Shown here: positions 27,213-37,117 of the stretch, piece by piece
Position numbering within the stretch: position 1 is the stretch's first letter
Layout of the letters: each line of letters opens with the position of its first letter
Assembly (NCBI GenBank): GCA_964423815.1
Contig: CAYRGW010000004.1
Span: 370-64,369, forward strand
Direction of reading: 5' to 3'
Length of the DNA: 64,000 nucleotides
Origin: an uncultured Solibacteraceae bacterium
GTDB taxonomy: Bacteria > Acidobacteriota > Vicinamibacteria > Vicinamibacterales > SCN-69-37
The notes under the pieces: generated by a model
The model's input: the letters and a program-made list of their open reading frames with translations, nothing else
The model's database searches: none
What the model was told of the DNA's origin: nothing
Translations under genes and position numbers: made by a program

Positions 27213-28126
27213 GAGTTCCATTTACCGGCGTAGGCACAGCACTGATCACTCCGTTCACGGCCGATGGGTCGCTCGACGAACCGGCCATCAGCCGGCTCGC
27301 ACGCCGACAAATCAACGCCGGTGTGCATGTCCTCGTCCCCTGCGGCACCACCGGCGAGACGCCGACCCTGTCGTTTGACGAACGGCGTCGTGTCATTGAG
27401 TTGGTGGCCGCCGAAGCCACAGGCCGCGCGCTGGTGCTCGCCGGCGCGGGCGGTTACGACACCAAAGAAGTGATCCACATGGCCGCAATGGTGAAGGCGG
27501 CCGGCGCCGACGGCATCCTCTCGGTCACGCCGTATTACAACAAGCCGACTCCCGAAGGCCTCTACCAGCACTACGCGGCCATTGCAGGGTCCACCGATCT
27601 GCCGATCATCGTGTACAACGTGCCCGGCCGCACGGGCTGCAACATCGATCCGGCCACGCTGGTCCGTTTAGCCGGTATTCCCAATATCATCGGCGTCAAG
27701 GAAGCGTCCGGCAACATTTCGCAGATCGCCGAGATCTGCCACGCCGTGCCGTCGGACTTCATCGTGATGTCCGGAGACGATGCGATTACGTTGCCGCTGA
27801 TGGCGTTGGGTGGGCACGGGGTCATTTCGGTGGCCTCCAATGAGGTGCCGGCCGAGATGGTGCAGATGGTGGAAGCGTTTGAGCGCGGCGCGTTGGCCGA
27901 CGCACGGTTCTGGCACAACAAGTTGTTGCCGATCATGCAGATGAACTTCATCGAGTCCAATCCCGGGCCGGTGAAGTTTGCCATGGCGGCGATGGGACTG
28001 TGCGAGGACGTATTCCGGTTGCCGGTCGTGTCGCCGCGCCCGGCCTCGCGGGAAAAAATTCTCGGCGTGTTGCGGGATCTCGGACTGCCAGTGGTGGCCG
28101 GTGAAGGCGCTGGAGTACGGTCATGA
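27209..28126 (+). CDS. dapA: 4-hydroxy-tetrahydrodipicolinate synthase
   Basis: CGTTGE; TPYYNKP; YNVPGRT; GVKEASG; SGDD. Confidence 0.97.
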   Translation: MRVPFTGVGTALITPFTADGSLDEPAISRLARRQINAGVHVLVPCGTTGETPTLSFDERRRVIELVAAEATGRALVLAGAGGYDTKEVIHMAAMVKAAGADGILSVTPYYNKPTPEGLYQHYAAIAGSTDLPIIVYNVPGRTGCNIDPATLVRLAGIPNIIGVKEASGNISQIAEICHAVPSDFIVMSGDDAITLPLMALGGHGVISVASNEVPAEMVQMVEAFERGALADARFWHNKLLPIMQMNFIESNPGPVKFAMAAMGLCEDVFRLPVVSPRPASREKILGVLRDLGLPVVAGEGAGVRS

Positions 28127-28968
28127 GTGATCTGGCGGAGCGTATCGGCCTACTGTTTGCCGGCGGCACCGACGCGGACAAGGACGAGGCGCGTCGCGCC
28201 TTCCTGGAGTTGCAGCGCGCGCTGAGCGACGGCGAGATTCGCGCCGCCGAGCCTGATACGTCGGCGCCGAGTGGCTGGCGTGTGAACGCGTGGGTAAAGC
28301 AGGGCATTCTCCTCGGCTTCCGTTTTGGTGACGTCGTGGACATGTCGGGCGACCACGGGCGCTGGCCGTTTTACGACAAGGACACGATGCCGCTCAAAAG
28401 GCCAGGCCTGGGCGCCGGCGTGCGCATCGTCCCTGGCGGATCCACCATTCGGGAAGGTGCGTATGTCGCGGCGAGTGTGGTGTGTATGCCCCCGATGTAT
28501 ATCAATATTGGCGCGTACGTCGGCGAAGGCTCGTTGGTCGATTCACATGCGCTTGTCGGGTCGTGTGCGCAGGTCGGTCAGCGTGTGCATATTTCCGCCG
28601 CCGCGCAGATTGGTGGCGTGATTGAACCCGTTGGCGCGTTGCCGGTGATCATTGAAGATGATGTGCTGGTGGGGGGCAACACGGGGATCTACGAAGGCGC
28701 GGTCATCAAAACCCGTGCGGTGATCGCCGCCGGTACGGTGTTGACGGGATCAACGCCCGTGTACGACCTGGTGCACGGCGTGATCATCAAGCCGGAGCCC
28801 GGTCAACCTCTGGTGGTGCCGGCCGGCGCCGTGGTGGTTCCCGGCGCCCGAGCCGTGACGGTTGGTGCCGGCAAGGACTGGGGCCTGTCGCTGGCCACGC
28901 CGGTCATTGTGAAATACCGGGATGATCGAACGGACACACGGACTGAGTTGGAATCATGGATACGCTAA
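28123..28968 (+). CDS. dapD: Tetrahydrodipicolinate N-succinyltransferase
   Basis: W.VNAWVKQGILL.F; YDKD; hexapeptide repeats; GGVIEP. Confidence 0.95.
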   Translation: MSDLAERIGLLFAGGTDADKDEARRAFLELQRALSDGEIRAAEPDTSAPSGWRVNAWVKQGILLGFRFGDVVDMSGDHGRWPFYDKDTMPLKRPGLGAGVRIVPGGSTIREGAYVAASVVCMPPMYINIGAYVGEGSLVDSHALVGSCAQVGQRVHISAAAQIGGVIEPVGALPVIIEDDVLVGGNTGIYEGAVIKTRAVIAAGTVLTGSTPVYDLVHGVIIKPEPGQPLVVPAGAVVVPGARAVTVGAGKDWGLSLATPVIVKYRDDRTDTRTELESWIR

Positions 28969-28974
28969 GAGCGT

Positions 28975-29120
28975 TTCACATGGAGGCATGAAGGCATGGA
29001 GCGTGTCTGACAGGGGTTGGGAGCCCGGCTTTGCCGATCGTGCCAAGCCGCCGGAGGCGGCCCCAACCCTCGCTGTTCGAAGTCTCCTTGGTCTCTTCAT
29101 GTCTTCATGTCTCTATGTGA
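28975..29120. repeat. Nested palindromic element between dapD and the M20 gene
   Basis: Outer arms TCACATGGAGGCATGAAGGCATGGAG / CTCTTCATGTCTTCATGTCTCTATGTGA; inner AGGGGTTGGG/CCCCAACCCT, CGGCTT/AAGCCG and CCGCC-GGA-GGCGG. Confidence 0.7.
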
Positions 29121-29141
29121 GTGAACTTATGCGAGGGTTTT

Positions 29142-30140
29142 GTGGATCACGCAGAGCTGCTGTCGTTTGCGCGCGCGCTTGTTGACATTGACTCGACCAC
29201 CGGTCGCGAGCAGGAGGTGGCGGGCTTTATCGCGCGCACACTGCGCGATCGCGGGTGGTACGTCGATCAGCAGCCGCTGACCGACGGTCGATTCAACGTC
29301 ATCGCGCGCGTCGGCGATCCAACGGTGGTGATGTCGACACACTTCGACTGTGTGCCGCCGTTTTTTCCGAGCCGTGTCGAGGGTGGCCGTCTCTACGGAC
29401 GGGGCGCCTGCGACGCCAAGGGCATTCTTGCCGCGCAGGTTGCGGCGGCGGAGCGCGCCCGGCTCGCGGGGCGCACCGACGTCGGGCTGTTGTTTGTGGC
29501 AGGCGAAGAGCGAGGTAGCGACGGCGCCAAGGCCGCCAACGAGTGGGCGAACGCGTCGAAGATTCTGATCAACGGTGAACCTACCGACAATCGACTCGGG
29601 CTCGCGACCAAGGGTGTGTACCGCGCTCGACTGACCGCCAGCGGTCGGGCAGCGCATTCCAGCCTGCCGCACCTGGGTGAATCGGCCATCGAAAAAATGC
29701 TTGATGCCCTGGTCGCGCTGCGCGAGACCGAATGGCCGGTGGACGAGTTACTGGGGCCGACCAACTATTCGATTGGCCTGATGAGTGGCGGCGTGGCCCC
29801 GAACGTGATTCCACCCTCCGCTTCGGCCGAGCTGATGTTCCGGACGGTGAGTGACTATCGCGAGGTGCGCGACCTGCTGGAGGACGCGATTGGGACCTGT
29901 GCCACCATCGAAGACGTGCTGGTCGTGCCGCCCGTCCGGCTGCACACCATCGACGGATTCGACACCGCCGTCTTCGCCTACACCACCGACGTCCCGTTCC
30001 TGACCCATTGGGGTGTGCCGATGCTGCTCGGCCCAGGGTCGATCACCGTGGCCCACACCGATGACGAATCGATCGACCTCGCCGAACTCGACGCCGCCGT
30101 CGTCCTCTACGAACGCCTGCTGGCCATTAATCAGCCGTAG
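29142..30140 (+). CDS. M20 family metallo-desuccinylase/deacylase (probable DapE role)
   Basis: THFD; GRGACDAKG; GEE; NGEPT; VAH metal ligands; follows dapD. Confidence 0.8.
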   Translation: MDHAELLSFARALVDIDSTTGREQEVAGFIARTLRDRGWYVDQQPLTDGRFNVIARVGDPTVVMSTHFDCVPPFFPSRVEGGRLYGRGACDAKGILAAQVAAAERARLAGRTDVGLLFVAGEERGSDGAKAANEWANASKILINGEPTDNRLGLATKGVYRARLTASGRAAHSSLPHLGESAIEKMLDALVALRETEWPVDELLGPTNYSIGLMSGGVAPNVIPPSASAELMFRTVSDYREVRDLLEDAIGTCATIEDVLVVPPVRLHTIDGFDTAVFAYTTDVPFLTHWGVPMLLGPGSITVAHTDDESIDLAELDAAVVLYERLLAINQP

Positions 30141-30147
30141 CGCCGAT

Positions 30148-30206
30148 AGGGTTCTGGGTTCAAGGTTCTGGGTGCAGGGTGCACCCAGAACCATGAACCC
30201 AAGCCC
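30148..30206. repeat. Heptamer tandem repeat in inverted (hairpin) arrangement
   Basis: AGGGTTC TGGGTTC AAGGTTC TGGGTGC AGGGTGC, followed by the complementary ACCCAGAACCATGAACCC. Confidence 0.75.
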
Positions 30207-30226
30207 CGCTGGGGTAGGATCTGGGC

Positions 30227-31465
30227 ATGCGCAATCTGCTGAAAAATTCCAGCCTCGTCGTGGTGTGTGTGGCGGCCGTGTCTGCGGTGGCCTTGGGCCA
30301 GCAGGCGGGCATAAACCAGCAACCACCAAACGCCCCAACTCAGAAGCCCGCGTTTGACGGCCAGACGCGTGCACCGGAAAACAAGTCCAACGTCGCGTTC
30401 GACGTGGTCACGGTCGCCGAGGGCCTCTCAGCCCCGTGGGGACTGGCCTTTCTGCCGTCCGGCAAGATGCTCGTCACCGAAAAGGCCGGGCAGTTGAGAG
30501 TGGTCGCCGTCGACGGCACGATGTCGCCGCCCGTCGAGGGGATTCCCCCGGTGGACGGGCGCGGACAGGGCGGCCTGCTCGACGTGGCGCTGGACCCCGC
30601 GTTTGCGACCAACCAGCTCATCTACTGGAGTTTCTCCGAGCCGCAGGCCGAGCGCATGAACAACACGGCGGTCGCACGCGGCAAGTTTGTCGACGGCGCG
30701 ACCCCGCGAGTCGAGAACGTCCAGGTGATTTACCACCAGGCGCCGTCGGTCGCGTCCAGCGGGCACTTCGGTTCACGTCTGGCGTTTGGCCGTGACGGCA
30801 CGTTGTTTGTCACGCAGGGGGACCGCCAGGCGAATCCGAACCGTGAGCTCGTCCAGAAGATGGACACGCTCATCGGCAAGATTGTGCGCATCAATCCCGA
30901 CGGCTCCATCCCGAAGGACAACCCGTTTGTCGGCAAGGAGGGCGTGCGCCCGGAGATCTGGTCGATCGGTCACCGGAATTCGCAGGCCGCTGCGATTCAT
31001 CCGACCACCGGTGAACTCTGGGAAGTGGAACATGGCACCCGCGGTGGCGACGAACTCAACATCGTCCGCAAAGGGCTCAACTACGGATGGCCCGACGCCG
31101 CGTACGGCATCGAATACCGCGGCCAGCCGATTCGTGAGGGCCTGACGGCACGCCCCGGCACCGAACAGCCCACTTACTACTGGGATCCCGTCATCGCGCC
31201 GAGCGGCATGATGTTCTACACCGGTGACCTGTTCCCGGCGTGGAAGGGCAGCCTCTTTATCGGCGGCCTCGCGTCAACCAATCTCGTCCGCCTTGATCTC
31301 AAGGGCGACCGTGTCGTCGGCGAAGAGCGTCTGCTCAAGGACCTGCAGCCGGCGCCCGCGCGCATCCGCGACGTGCGACAGGGACCCGACGGTGCCGTCT
31401 ACATTGTCACCAACGCCACCACCGGGTCAGCCGGCGCAGTCCTGAAGCTCGTTCCGAAGAAATAA
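30227..31465 (+). CDS. PQQ-dependent sugar dehydrogenase (GSDH/YliI family)
   Basis: Signal peptide; PWGLAFLP; GQGGLLDV; HFGSRLAF; GHRN; [11 protein letters not shown]; NYGWP. Confidence 0.92.
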   Translation: MRNLLKNSSLVVVCVAAVSAVALGQQAGINQQPPNAPTQKPAFDGQTRAPENKSNVAFDVVTVAEGLSAPWGLAFLPSGKMLVTEKAGQLRVVAVDGTMSPPVEGIPPVDGRGQGGLLDVALDPAFATNQLIYWSFSEPQAERMNNTAVARGKFVDGATPRVENVQVIYHQAPSVASSGHFGSRLAFGRDGTLFVTQGDRQANPNRELVQKMDTLIGKIVRINPDGSIPKDNPFVGKEGVRPEIWSIGHRNSQAAAIHPTTGELWEVEHGTRGGDELNIVRKGLNYGWPDAAYGIEYRGQPIREGLTARPGTEQPTYYWDPVIAPSGMMFYTGDLFPAWKGSLFIGGLASTNLVRLDLKGDRVVGEERLLKDLQPAPARIRDVRQGPDGAVYIVTNATTGSAGAVLKLVPKK

Positions 31466-31467
31466 AG

Positions 31468-31533
31468 AAAAAAGACGTCGGGTGTCTTTTTCCGCTCTAA
31501 GCGATGCAGAAAAAGACACCCGACGTCTTTTTT
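31468..31533. repeat. Perfect 25-bp inverted repeat between convergent genes (likely bidirectional terminator)
   Basis: AAAAAAGACGTCGGGTGTCTTTTTC (31468-92), 16-bp spacer, exact complement (31509-33). Confidence 0.85.
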
Positions 31534-31960
31534 AATTGAACGCCCAGACGGCGAGCCCGACGATGGTCACCGCGAGGAAAAAGATCACCTTGCCGACCAG
31601 TTGAGCCTTGGTGATCGCTGCCGGGTCATCAGCCGCCACTTTTTTGGCGAGCGAATGCGCGAAGCCAATCGCCAGCGTCATCAGGATCACGACGGTGAGT
31701 TTCGCGTGGAAGAGGCCGGGCATGTTGCCAAAACCCTCCCACTTGGTGAACACCAGCGTGAGGCCGGTCAGCCAGAGGATCACAAGTCCGATGTCGCCGA
31801 CCCGCGCGATGGCCGGGGGAAACTTCTTCAGGGCGCGCCGCTCCTCGGGCGTCGCCTTCGCCATGAGGCCGGCCATCACCATGTTGCCGAAGCCGGCAGA
31901 AAACCCCATCGCAAGGCCAAGAAAGTGCAGCACGAGTAACGCGCGAACCGCTTCAAACAT
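31532..31960 (-). CDS. 4-TM membrane protein (CopD/DUF2269-like)
   Basis: LHFLGLA; FHAKL; four helices. Confidence 0.7.
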   Translation of the reverse strand: MFEAVRALLVLHFLGLAMGFSAGFGNMVMAGLMAKATPEERRALKKFPPAIARVGDIGLVILWLTGLTLVFTKWEGFGNMPGLFHAKLTVVILMTLAIGFAHSLAKKVAADDPAAITKAQLVGKVIFFLAVTIVGLAVWAFN

Positions 31961-32825
31961 TTTTCACTCCCATCGGTAGCGGGCGGGTCAGGCAGGTTGG
32001 CCCGCCACCACCCATCAACGAAATGTCCGCTCCATCGTAAACCCGCACGTCGGCGCCCGCACGTTCCAATGCGGCGCGAGTCTGTGGATTACCCTCCACC
32101 ATCACACATCGACGAGGCGCGACGGCCAGGACATTGGCACCCATTGAGTCAAATTCTTCATCAGGCACCTCCACGAGGCTGTACCCCAGGTCGAGCAGCC
32201 GCTCGCGGAACGACACCGGCATCAGCGGCGAATACACGACAGCCAGGTCCACATCGACGGGACTGATGATCGACATCAGGTGGAACACGTCCCCGGGGCC
32301 CCGATAGTGCGGCAAATGAACCACGATCAATTCGTCGATGGTGTCGCCGAGCAGATCGCGAAGCTGTCGGATGCCCTCGTCGTTGGTCCGGTAGCCGCGT
32401 CCCACGGCGGCCAGTCGGGGCCCAAGCCAGGGGAAGGCGCCCCCCTCGAGTTTTCCTGGTGCTTGTATCTCGCCAAGGACGGGGATCCCCAGCTGCCGGT
32501 ACGACTCGCCGAGCGCCGCAGGTTCCCCGGCACGCTGCGGTTTGCCCATCCGGCACAAAATGGCACCCCGCGCCGACACGATCGACGCATCCCGCACATA
32601 GATGGCGTCCAGCGTCAGGCCCTCGTGTGCCGCTTGGATGGGCACGACCGATGTGTGCGCGGCACACATGGAGGCAAACGCGTCGAATTGTTCACACGCT
32701 CTCGCGAGATCCGGAGGCGCGGTGAAGTGCAGGTCACGCCACTCGCGCGCGATCTTGTCCGCACTGCCGAACGCGTCGCGAGGGTGACGCACGAGGATCT
32801 GCGACCAGGGGCCGATGTCCGTCAT
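31953..32825 (-). CDS. Amidinotransferase / dimethylarginine dimethylaminohydrolase family protein
   Basis: DAIYVRD; R.GEP; GYRTN; FHLMS; GGGPTCLTRPL catalytic Cys. Confidence 0.88.
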   Translation of the reverse strand: MTDIGPWSQILVRHPRDAFGSADKIAREWRDLHFTAPPDLARACEQFDAFASMCAAHTSVVPIQAAHEGLTLDAIYVRDASIVSARGAILCRMGKPQRAGEPAALGESYRQLGIPVLGEIQAPGKLEGGAFPWLGPRLAAVGRGYRTNDEGIRQLRDLLGDTIDELIVVHLPHYRGPGDVFHLMSIISPVDVDLAVVYSPLMPVSFRERLLDLGYSLVEVPDEEFDSMGANVLAVAPRRCVMVEGNPQTRAALERAGADVRVYDGADISLMGGGGPTCLTRPLPMGVKNV

Positions 32826-34105
32826 TTGCGAGATACCCAGACATAGACAGGCAAACCAGCCATCAGCAGCAGGAAACCCCAATACACAGTTTCCGCTCCT
32901 GCGCCGCCGATCGCCCACAACGAATACGTGAACGCGAAGCCGGCAACGATGCGCATGCCGTGTGAGAGGGGAGTGCTCCCGACACGAAACGCCGCGAGCG
33001 CACAGAACGTGTAGGGAATCAACGTCGCCAGCGTCGCCAGCAGAATGATAAACGTGAACAGGTCGACCAGGCCGCGTGTGTAGTTGGAGGCAATCAACAA
33101 CGACGCCAGCGTGCCCGCAATCACCATCCCCGTCACGGGTGTGCCGGTCGTGGACAGGCGGGTGAAGGCGCTCGGGAACAGGCCGTCACGGGCCACCGCG
33201 AGTGGCAGCTGGCCCACGACGAGCGTCCAGCCATTCAGCGCGCCAAAACACGAAACAGCGGCGCCCAACGCGACGAGCGCTGCCGCGCCATTACCAAACA
33301 ACACACGGGCTCCATCGGCAAACGGCGCGGTGGACGAGGCCAGCACATCGGCAGGCACCAGCGACATCACGCCCATGGTGCTGACGATGTAGATGGCGGC
33401 GGCGAGGATGGTGCCCACGACCGTCGCTCGAGCGATGGTGCGCTGGGGATTGGCGATATTGCCGGCGGGAATCGTGGCGCACTCAAGACCGAGGAAGGCC
33501 CACAACGTGAGTGTGGCGACCTCCGTGATGCCGGCCGCGACCTCCCGCGGCCCCGTCGCCGTCACCACAAATGCCTCCGGGTTGAAGTAGAACAACCCGC
33601 CGATGCCCACGAGGGCCAGCGGCAGAATCTTCACCACCGTCGTCAGCACCTGCACCTGACCGGCGCGCCGGACGCCGGCAATGTTGATCCCGATAAACGC
33701 CCAGACCAGCGCAATCGCAAGAAGCGCCGCCAGGGCCGGTGTGCGGACGATCGAGGGGATGAAGGGGTCGAGATAGCCGACGCCCGCGACTGCGAGCGCG
33801 GCCAGTGTGGACCAGACCGAGATCCAGTATCCCCAGGCGACGAGAAAGGCCGGGACGTCGCCAAACGCCATCCGGGTGTAGGCATACGGTCCCCCGGCGG
33901 CTGGGACGAGGCGCGCCAGATGGGCAAAAACCAGCGCCAGGCAGGTCGCGCCCGCCGCTGATACCACCCAGCCGGCCAGGCTGAGACCCCCGAAGGCCGC
34001 CAGAGAGGCCGGCAGCAGGAAGACGCCGGAGCCAATCATGTTGCCCATGACCAGCGCGACGGCCATGCCGAACCCGAGCTGCTGCCGACCGGAGGATCCC
34101 GACAT
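32822..34105 (-). CDS. APC-family amino acid permease (AdiC/PotE-like)
   Basis: GNMIGSGVFLLP; GGPYAY; WAFLGLEC; 12 TM. Confidence 0.92.
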   Translation of the reverse strand: MSGSSGRQQLGFGMAVALVMGNMIGSGVFLLPASLAAFGGLSLAGWVVSAAGATCLALVFAHLARLVPAAGGPYAYTRMAFGDVPAFLVAWGYWISVWSTLAALAVAGVGYLDPFIPSIVRTPALAALLAIALVWAFIGINIAGVRRAGQVQVLTTVVKILPLALVGIGGLFYFNPEAFVVTATGPREVAAGITEVATLTLWAFLGLECATIPAGNIANPQRTIARATVVGTILAAAIYIVSTMGVMSLVPADVLASSTAPFADGARVLFGNGAAALVALGAAVSCFGALNGWTLVVGQLPLAVARDGLFPSAFTRLSTTGTPVTGMVIAGTLASLLIASNYTRGLVDLFTFIILLATLATLIPYTFCALAAFRVGSTPLSHGMRIVAGFAFTYSLWAIGGAGAETVYWGFLLLMAGLPVYVWVSRK

Positions 34106-34140
34106 GGCCGCGAACGTTATCACTGATAATTGCCCGGTCG

Positions 34141-35838
34141 ATGGTCGTCCGTATCCTGGCAGGTCTCATCCTCGTGTATGCCGCGTTCCTGCGGTTTGAC
34201 GCGCTCACACTGATCCATGGACCTGTCCTGACACCCGCGTGGATCGGGGCGATTCAGGAAACACGTCCGGCCGTCAGTGCCTTGCGGCCCGGACCGATGA
34301 CATGGGAGCGGTGGGAGGGTCGCTACATCAGTGATCCCTACACCTATCTTCAGTACGCGCGTGAACCGCGCGGCTTTTACGACGCACATCGCCGTGAACC
34401 CGGGTTTGTGTTTGCCACGCGGGTGTCGCTCTGGGTGTTCGGCGACCAGGATCTTGCCGTCAGTTGGGCCTCGGCGTTTTTCTCCGTGCTGGCTGTCTGG
34501 GGCACCTTCTTGCTGGGGCGCCTCGCGTTTTCTCCCGCTGTGGGCCTGATCGCGGCCGCAGGTCTCGCGATCGAGATGACGGTGATTACCTGGGCGGCTG
34601 GAGGATGGCGCGACGATGCGTTCATGGCGGCCGTGGTGTTTACCGCGCACGCCCTGCTCCGCATGCGGGCGTCGCCCACGATCGCCAATGCCGTATGGAT
34701 GGGTGTCGTGGCGGCTGCGGCGTGCCTGTTCCGCATCACGGCACTGTCGTTTGTGGCGCCTGCAGTGATCCTGTTGTGGTGGCTGATGCCGCTGGCACCA
34801 CGAGTACGACTTCAACGGATCGGCGTGGTGCTGCTGACGCTTGGGGTGTTGTTCGGGCCGTACGTGATCAACTGCTGGCGTGTGTATGGTGACCCGCTGT
34901 ATGCGATCAATGTCCACGCCGACATCTATCGCGAGGCCGAGGGGCAGCAGGTGGAGTCGACACAGACCGCCCGGGAATACCTTCGCGACAACTGGCGCCA
35001 GCGGCCCATGACGACCGTGGATACGGTCATCCAGGGGTTAACCACCTATCCGTTCCTCAACAAATGGGACGGGTTTGTGGTGTGGCATCCATGGTTAAAA
35101 ACGGCGCTGCAGGGGTTGGCGCTGATCGGGCTTGTGATCATGCTGGGCACGGCGACAGGACGTGTGCTTCTTGTGTTGCTGGTGTGTTCCCTGGTGCCGT
35201 ACGCCATCACCTGGAAGCTGATCGGTGACTGGCGGTTCACCGCGCATGCGTATCCGTTCTACCTGATCGCGGCCGGATGGGTGCTGGTGACAGTGCCCGG
35301 CATCAAATTAGTCCCGCGTCCCTCTCGCCGCGTTGCGCTCGCCTGGATCGGCGTCGCTGTGTTTGTGGGGATCGTCACCTGGGTCAGCGCAGCGGTGTTG
35401 CCGCTCCCGGCGGCGAGTGAAATGCTGCGCTTTGACCGTGCCGTGACGATGGCGGCAGGGTTCCAGGATCGTTCGTTTTTTCTGTCCGGGTGGGCCAGAC
35501 CCACAACTACCGGCAACGTGACCGCGCGAATATCTGTCAACGAAACAGCCACTCTCCGGCTGCCCACCATTCCTGGAGAGGCTTACGACCTGATGCTGCG
35601 GATGGACCCGTATCCTGCCCCGGCGTCGGACGCGGTGCTGCCGGTCGTCAGGTTATATGCCGATGGCCTGCCCGCCGGGCGCGTGCAGACCACGTGGGAT
35701 CCCAATCGCATCGGCGCCTACCTGGTGCCCATGCCTCCGCCGGTCCGATCCACCGTCGAGCTGCAGTTGATGGTCGAGCCCGTTGGCGCCGGTCCCAACC
35801 GCCTCCGGTTATGGTGGGTGCAGGTGCGGCGCCGGTAG
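34141..35838 (+). CDS. GT39/ArnT-like membrane glycosyltransferase with C-terminal soluble domain
   Basis: ISDP.TY; RREPGF; WRDD; multiple TMs. Confidence 0.75.
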   Translation: MVVRILAGLILVYAAFLRFDALTLIHGPVLTPAWIGAIQETRPAVSALRPGPMTWERWEGRYISDPYTYLQYAREPRGFYDAHRREPGFVFATRVSLWVFGDQDLAVSWASAFFSVLAVWGTFLLGRLAFSPAVGLIAAAGLAIEMTVITWAAGGWRDDAFMAAVVFTAHALLRMRASPTIANAVWMGVVAAAACLFRITALSFVAPAVILLWWLMPLAPRVRLQRIGVVLLTLGVLFGPYVINCWRVYGDPLYAINVHADIYREAEGQQVESTQTAREYLRDNWRQRPMTTVDTVIQGLTTYPFLNKWDGFVVWHPWLKTALQGLALIGLVIMLGTATGRVLLVLLVCSLVPYAITWKLIGDWRFTAHAYPFYLIAAGWVLVTVPGIKLVPRPSRRVALAWIGVAVFVGIVTWVSAAVLPLPAASEMLRFDRAVTMAAGFQDRSFFLSGWARPTTTGNVTARISVNETATLRLPTIPGEAYDLMLRMDPYPAPASDAVLPVVRLYADGLPAGRVQTTWDPNRIGAYLVPMPPPVRSTVELQLMVEPVGAGPNRLRLWWVQVRRR

Positions 35839-35865
35839 GCGACCTCGGCTATCCTGTCAGCTGAC

Positions 35866-37098
35866 ATGCCGAGTTACGGACAGCCCTACTGGACACGGAA
35901 AACCAAATCCGCTGCACGCAGCGCCCGTGCGACCGCCAAACCGCTGAAGGGCGACCACACCACCGATGTGGTCGTCATTGGCGGGGGACTCACCGGGTGT
36001 GCCACGGCCTATGCGTTGGCGCAGGCCGGGCTCAAGGTCGTGCTGCTCGAAGCAGAGACGGTTGCGTCAGGGGCGACGTCCCGCGCGATGGGCACCATCC
36101 TGCCCACGCCTGACGTGTCATACGCAGTGGCGACAAAGTCCGCCGGCACACGCCCGGCCAAAGTGTTTTTCACCGAGGTCCGGCGCAGCGCGAAGGATCT
36201 GGTGTCGGTACTGAAGAAGCTGCGCATCAGCTGTGAGCTTGCGCCGGCCGAGCTGCTGATCAACGCCCCGTTCACCAACGATGCGGCGTTGCTCAAGAAA
36301 GAAGTGGCGGCACGCAAGGCCGCGAAGCTGGATGGCACCTGGGTGGCGCAACCCACGTCGCAGGCCGCGCTCGCGACCGAAACCCAGGGTGCCATGCGAC
36401 TCAAGGACTGCGCGACGATGGATCCGGTCAAGGCGACGCGAGGGTTTGCCGACGCCGCGATCAAAAAAGGCGTGCGCATCATCGAACATGCACGTGTGAA
36501 GAAGACCACCTTCACGCGCAAGACCGTGACGGTCGTGCTCGACGGCGCCACCATCACCTCGACCGGTGTGGTCGTGGCGACCGGTGAACCCGGCAAGGTG
36601 TTCCATCAGCTTGAGCGTCACGTGCGGGCCACCCGCGGTTACATGGTGGTGACCGACCCCCTGACTGCCGCCATGCGCGCGGCCGTGGGCCCCCGGGCCA
36701 CGTTGTATACCGAGTCGACCGAGTCGCCGCGGTGGTTGCGCTGGCTGCCGGATGGGCGCGCGATGTTCACGGGCCTTGCCGGACCGGACGTGGCCGCGCC
36801 GCTGCGTGACAAGGCCGTGATTCAGCGCACCAATCAACTGATGTACGAGTTGTCGCTGCGGTATCCGGACGTCTCGGGTCTGCCGCCCGCCTTCGGCTGG
36901 GATCTGCCCGTCGTCACCACGGCGGACGGACTGCCCTGGATCGGTCCCCATCGCAACTATCCGTTTCACTTTTTTGCGATGGCGTTAGGATGGCACGGGG
37001 AATCGTGTGCGTGGCTGGCCGCGCAGGCGGCTGTGCGCCATTTCACCGGGAAGTCGACCAAAGACGACGCGTTGCTGGGTTTTGCCAGAGCGCTCTAG
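35866..37098 (+). CDS. FAD-dependent oxidoreductase (DAO/PuuB-like)
   Basis: DVVVIGGGLTG; GATSR; TADGLPWIG. Confidence 0.88.
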   Translation: MPSYGQPYWTRKTKSAARSARATAKPLKGDHTTDVVVIGGGLTGCATAYALAQAGLKVVLLEAETVASGATSRAMGTILPTPDVSYAVATKSAGTRPAKVFFTEVRRSAKDLVSVLKKLRISCELAPAELLINAPFTNDAALLKKEVAARKAAKLDGTWVAQPTSQAALATETQGAMRLKDCATMDPVKATRGFADAAIKKGVRIIEHARVKKTTFTRKTVTVVLDGATITSTGVVVATGEPGKVFHQLERHVRATRGYMVVTDPLTAAMRAAVGPRATLYTESTESPRWLRWLPDGRAMFTGLAGPDVAAPLRDKAVIQRTNQLMYELSLRYPDVSGLPPAFGWDLPVVTTADGLPWIGPHRNYPFHFFAMALGWHGESCAWLAAQAAVRHFTGKSTKDDALLGFARAL

Positions 37099-37117
37099 CA
37101 TCAGTTGAGAGAGGCCT

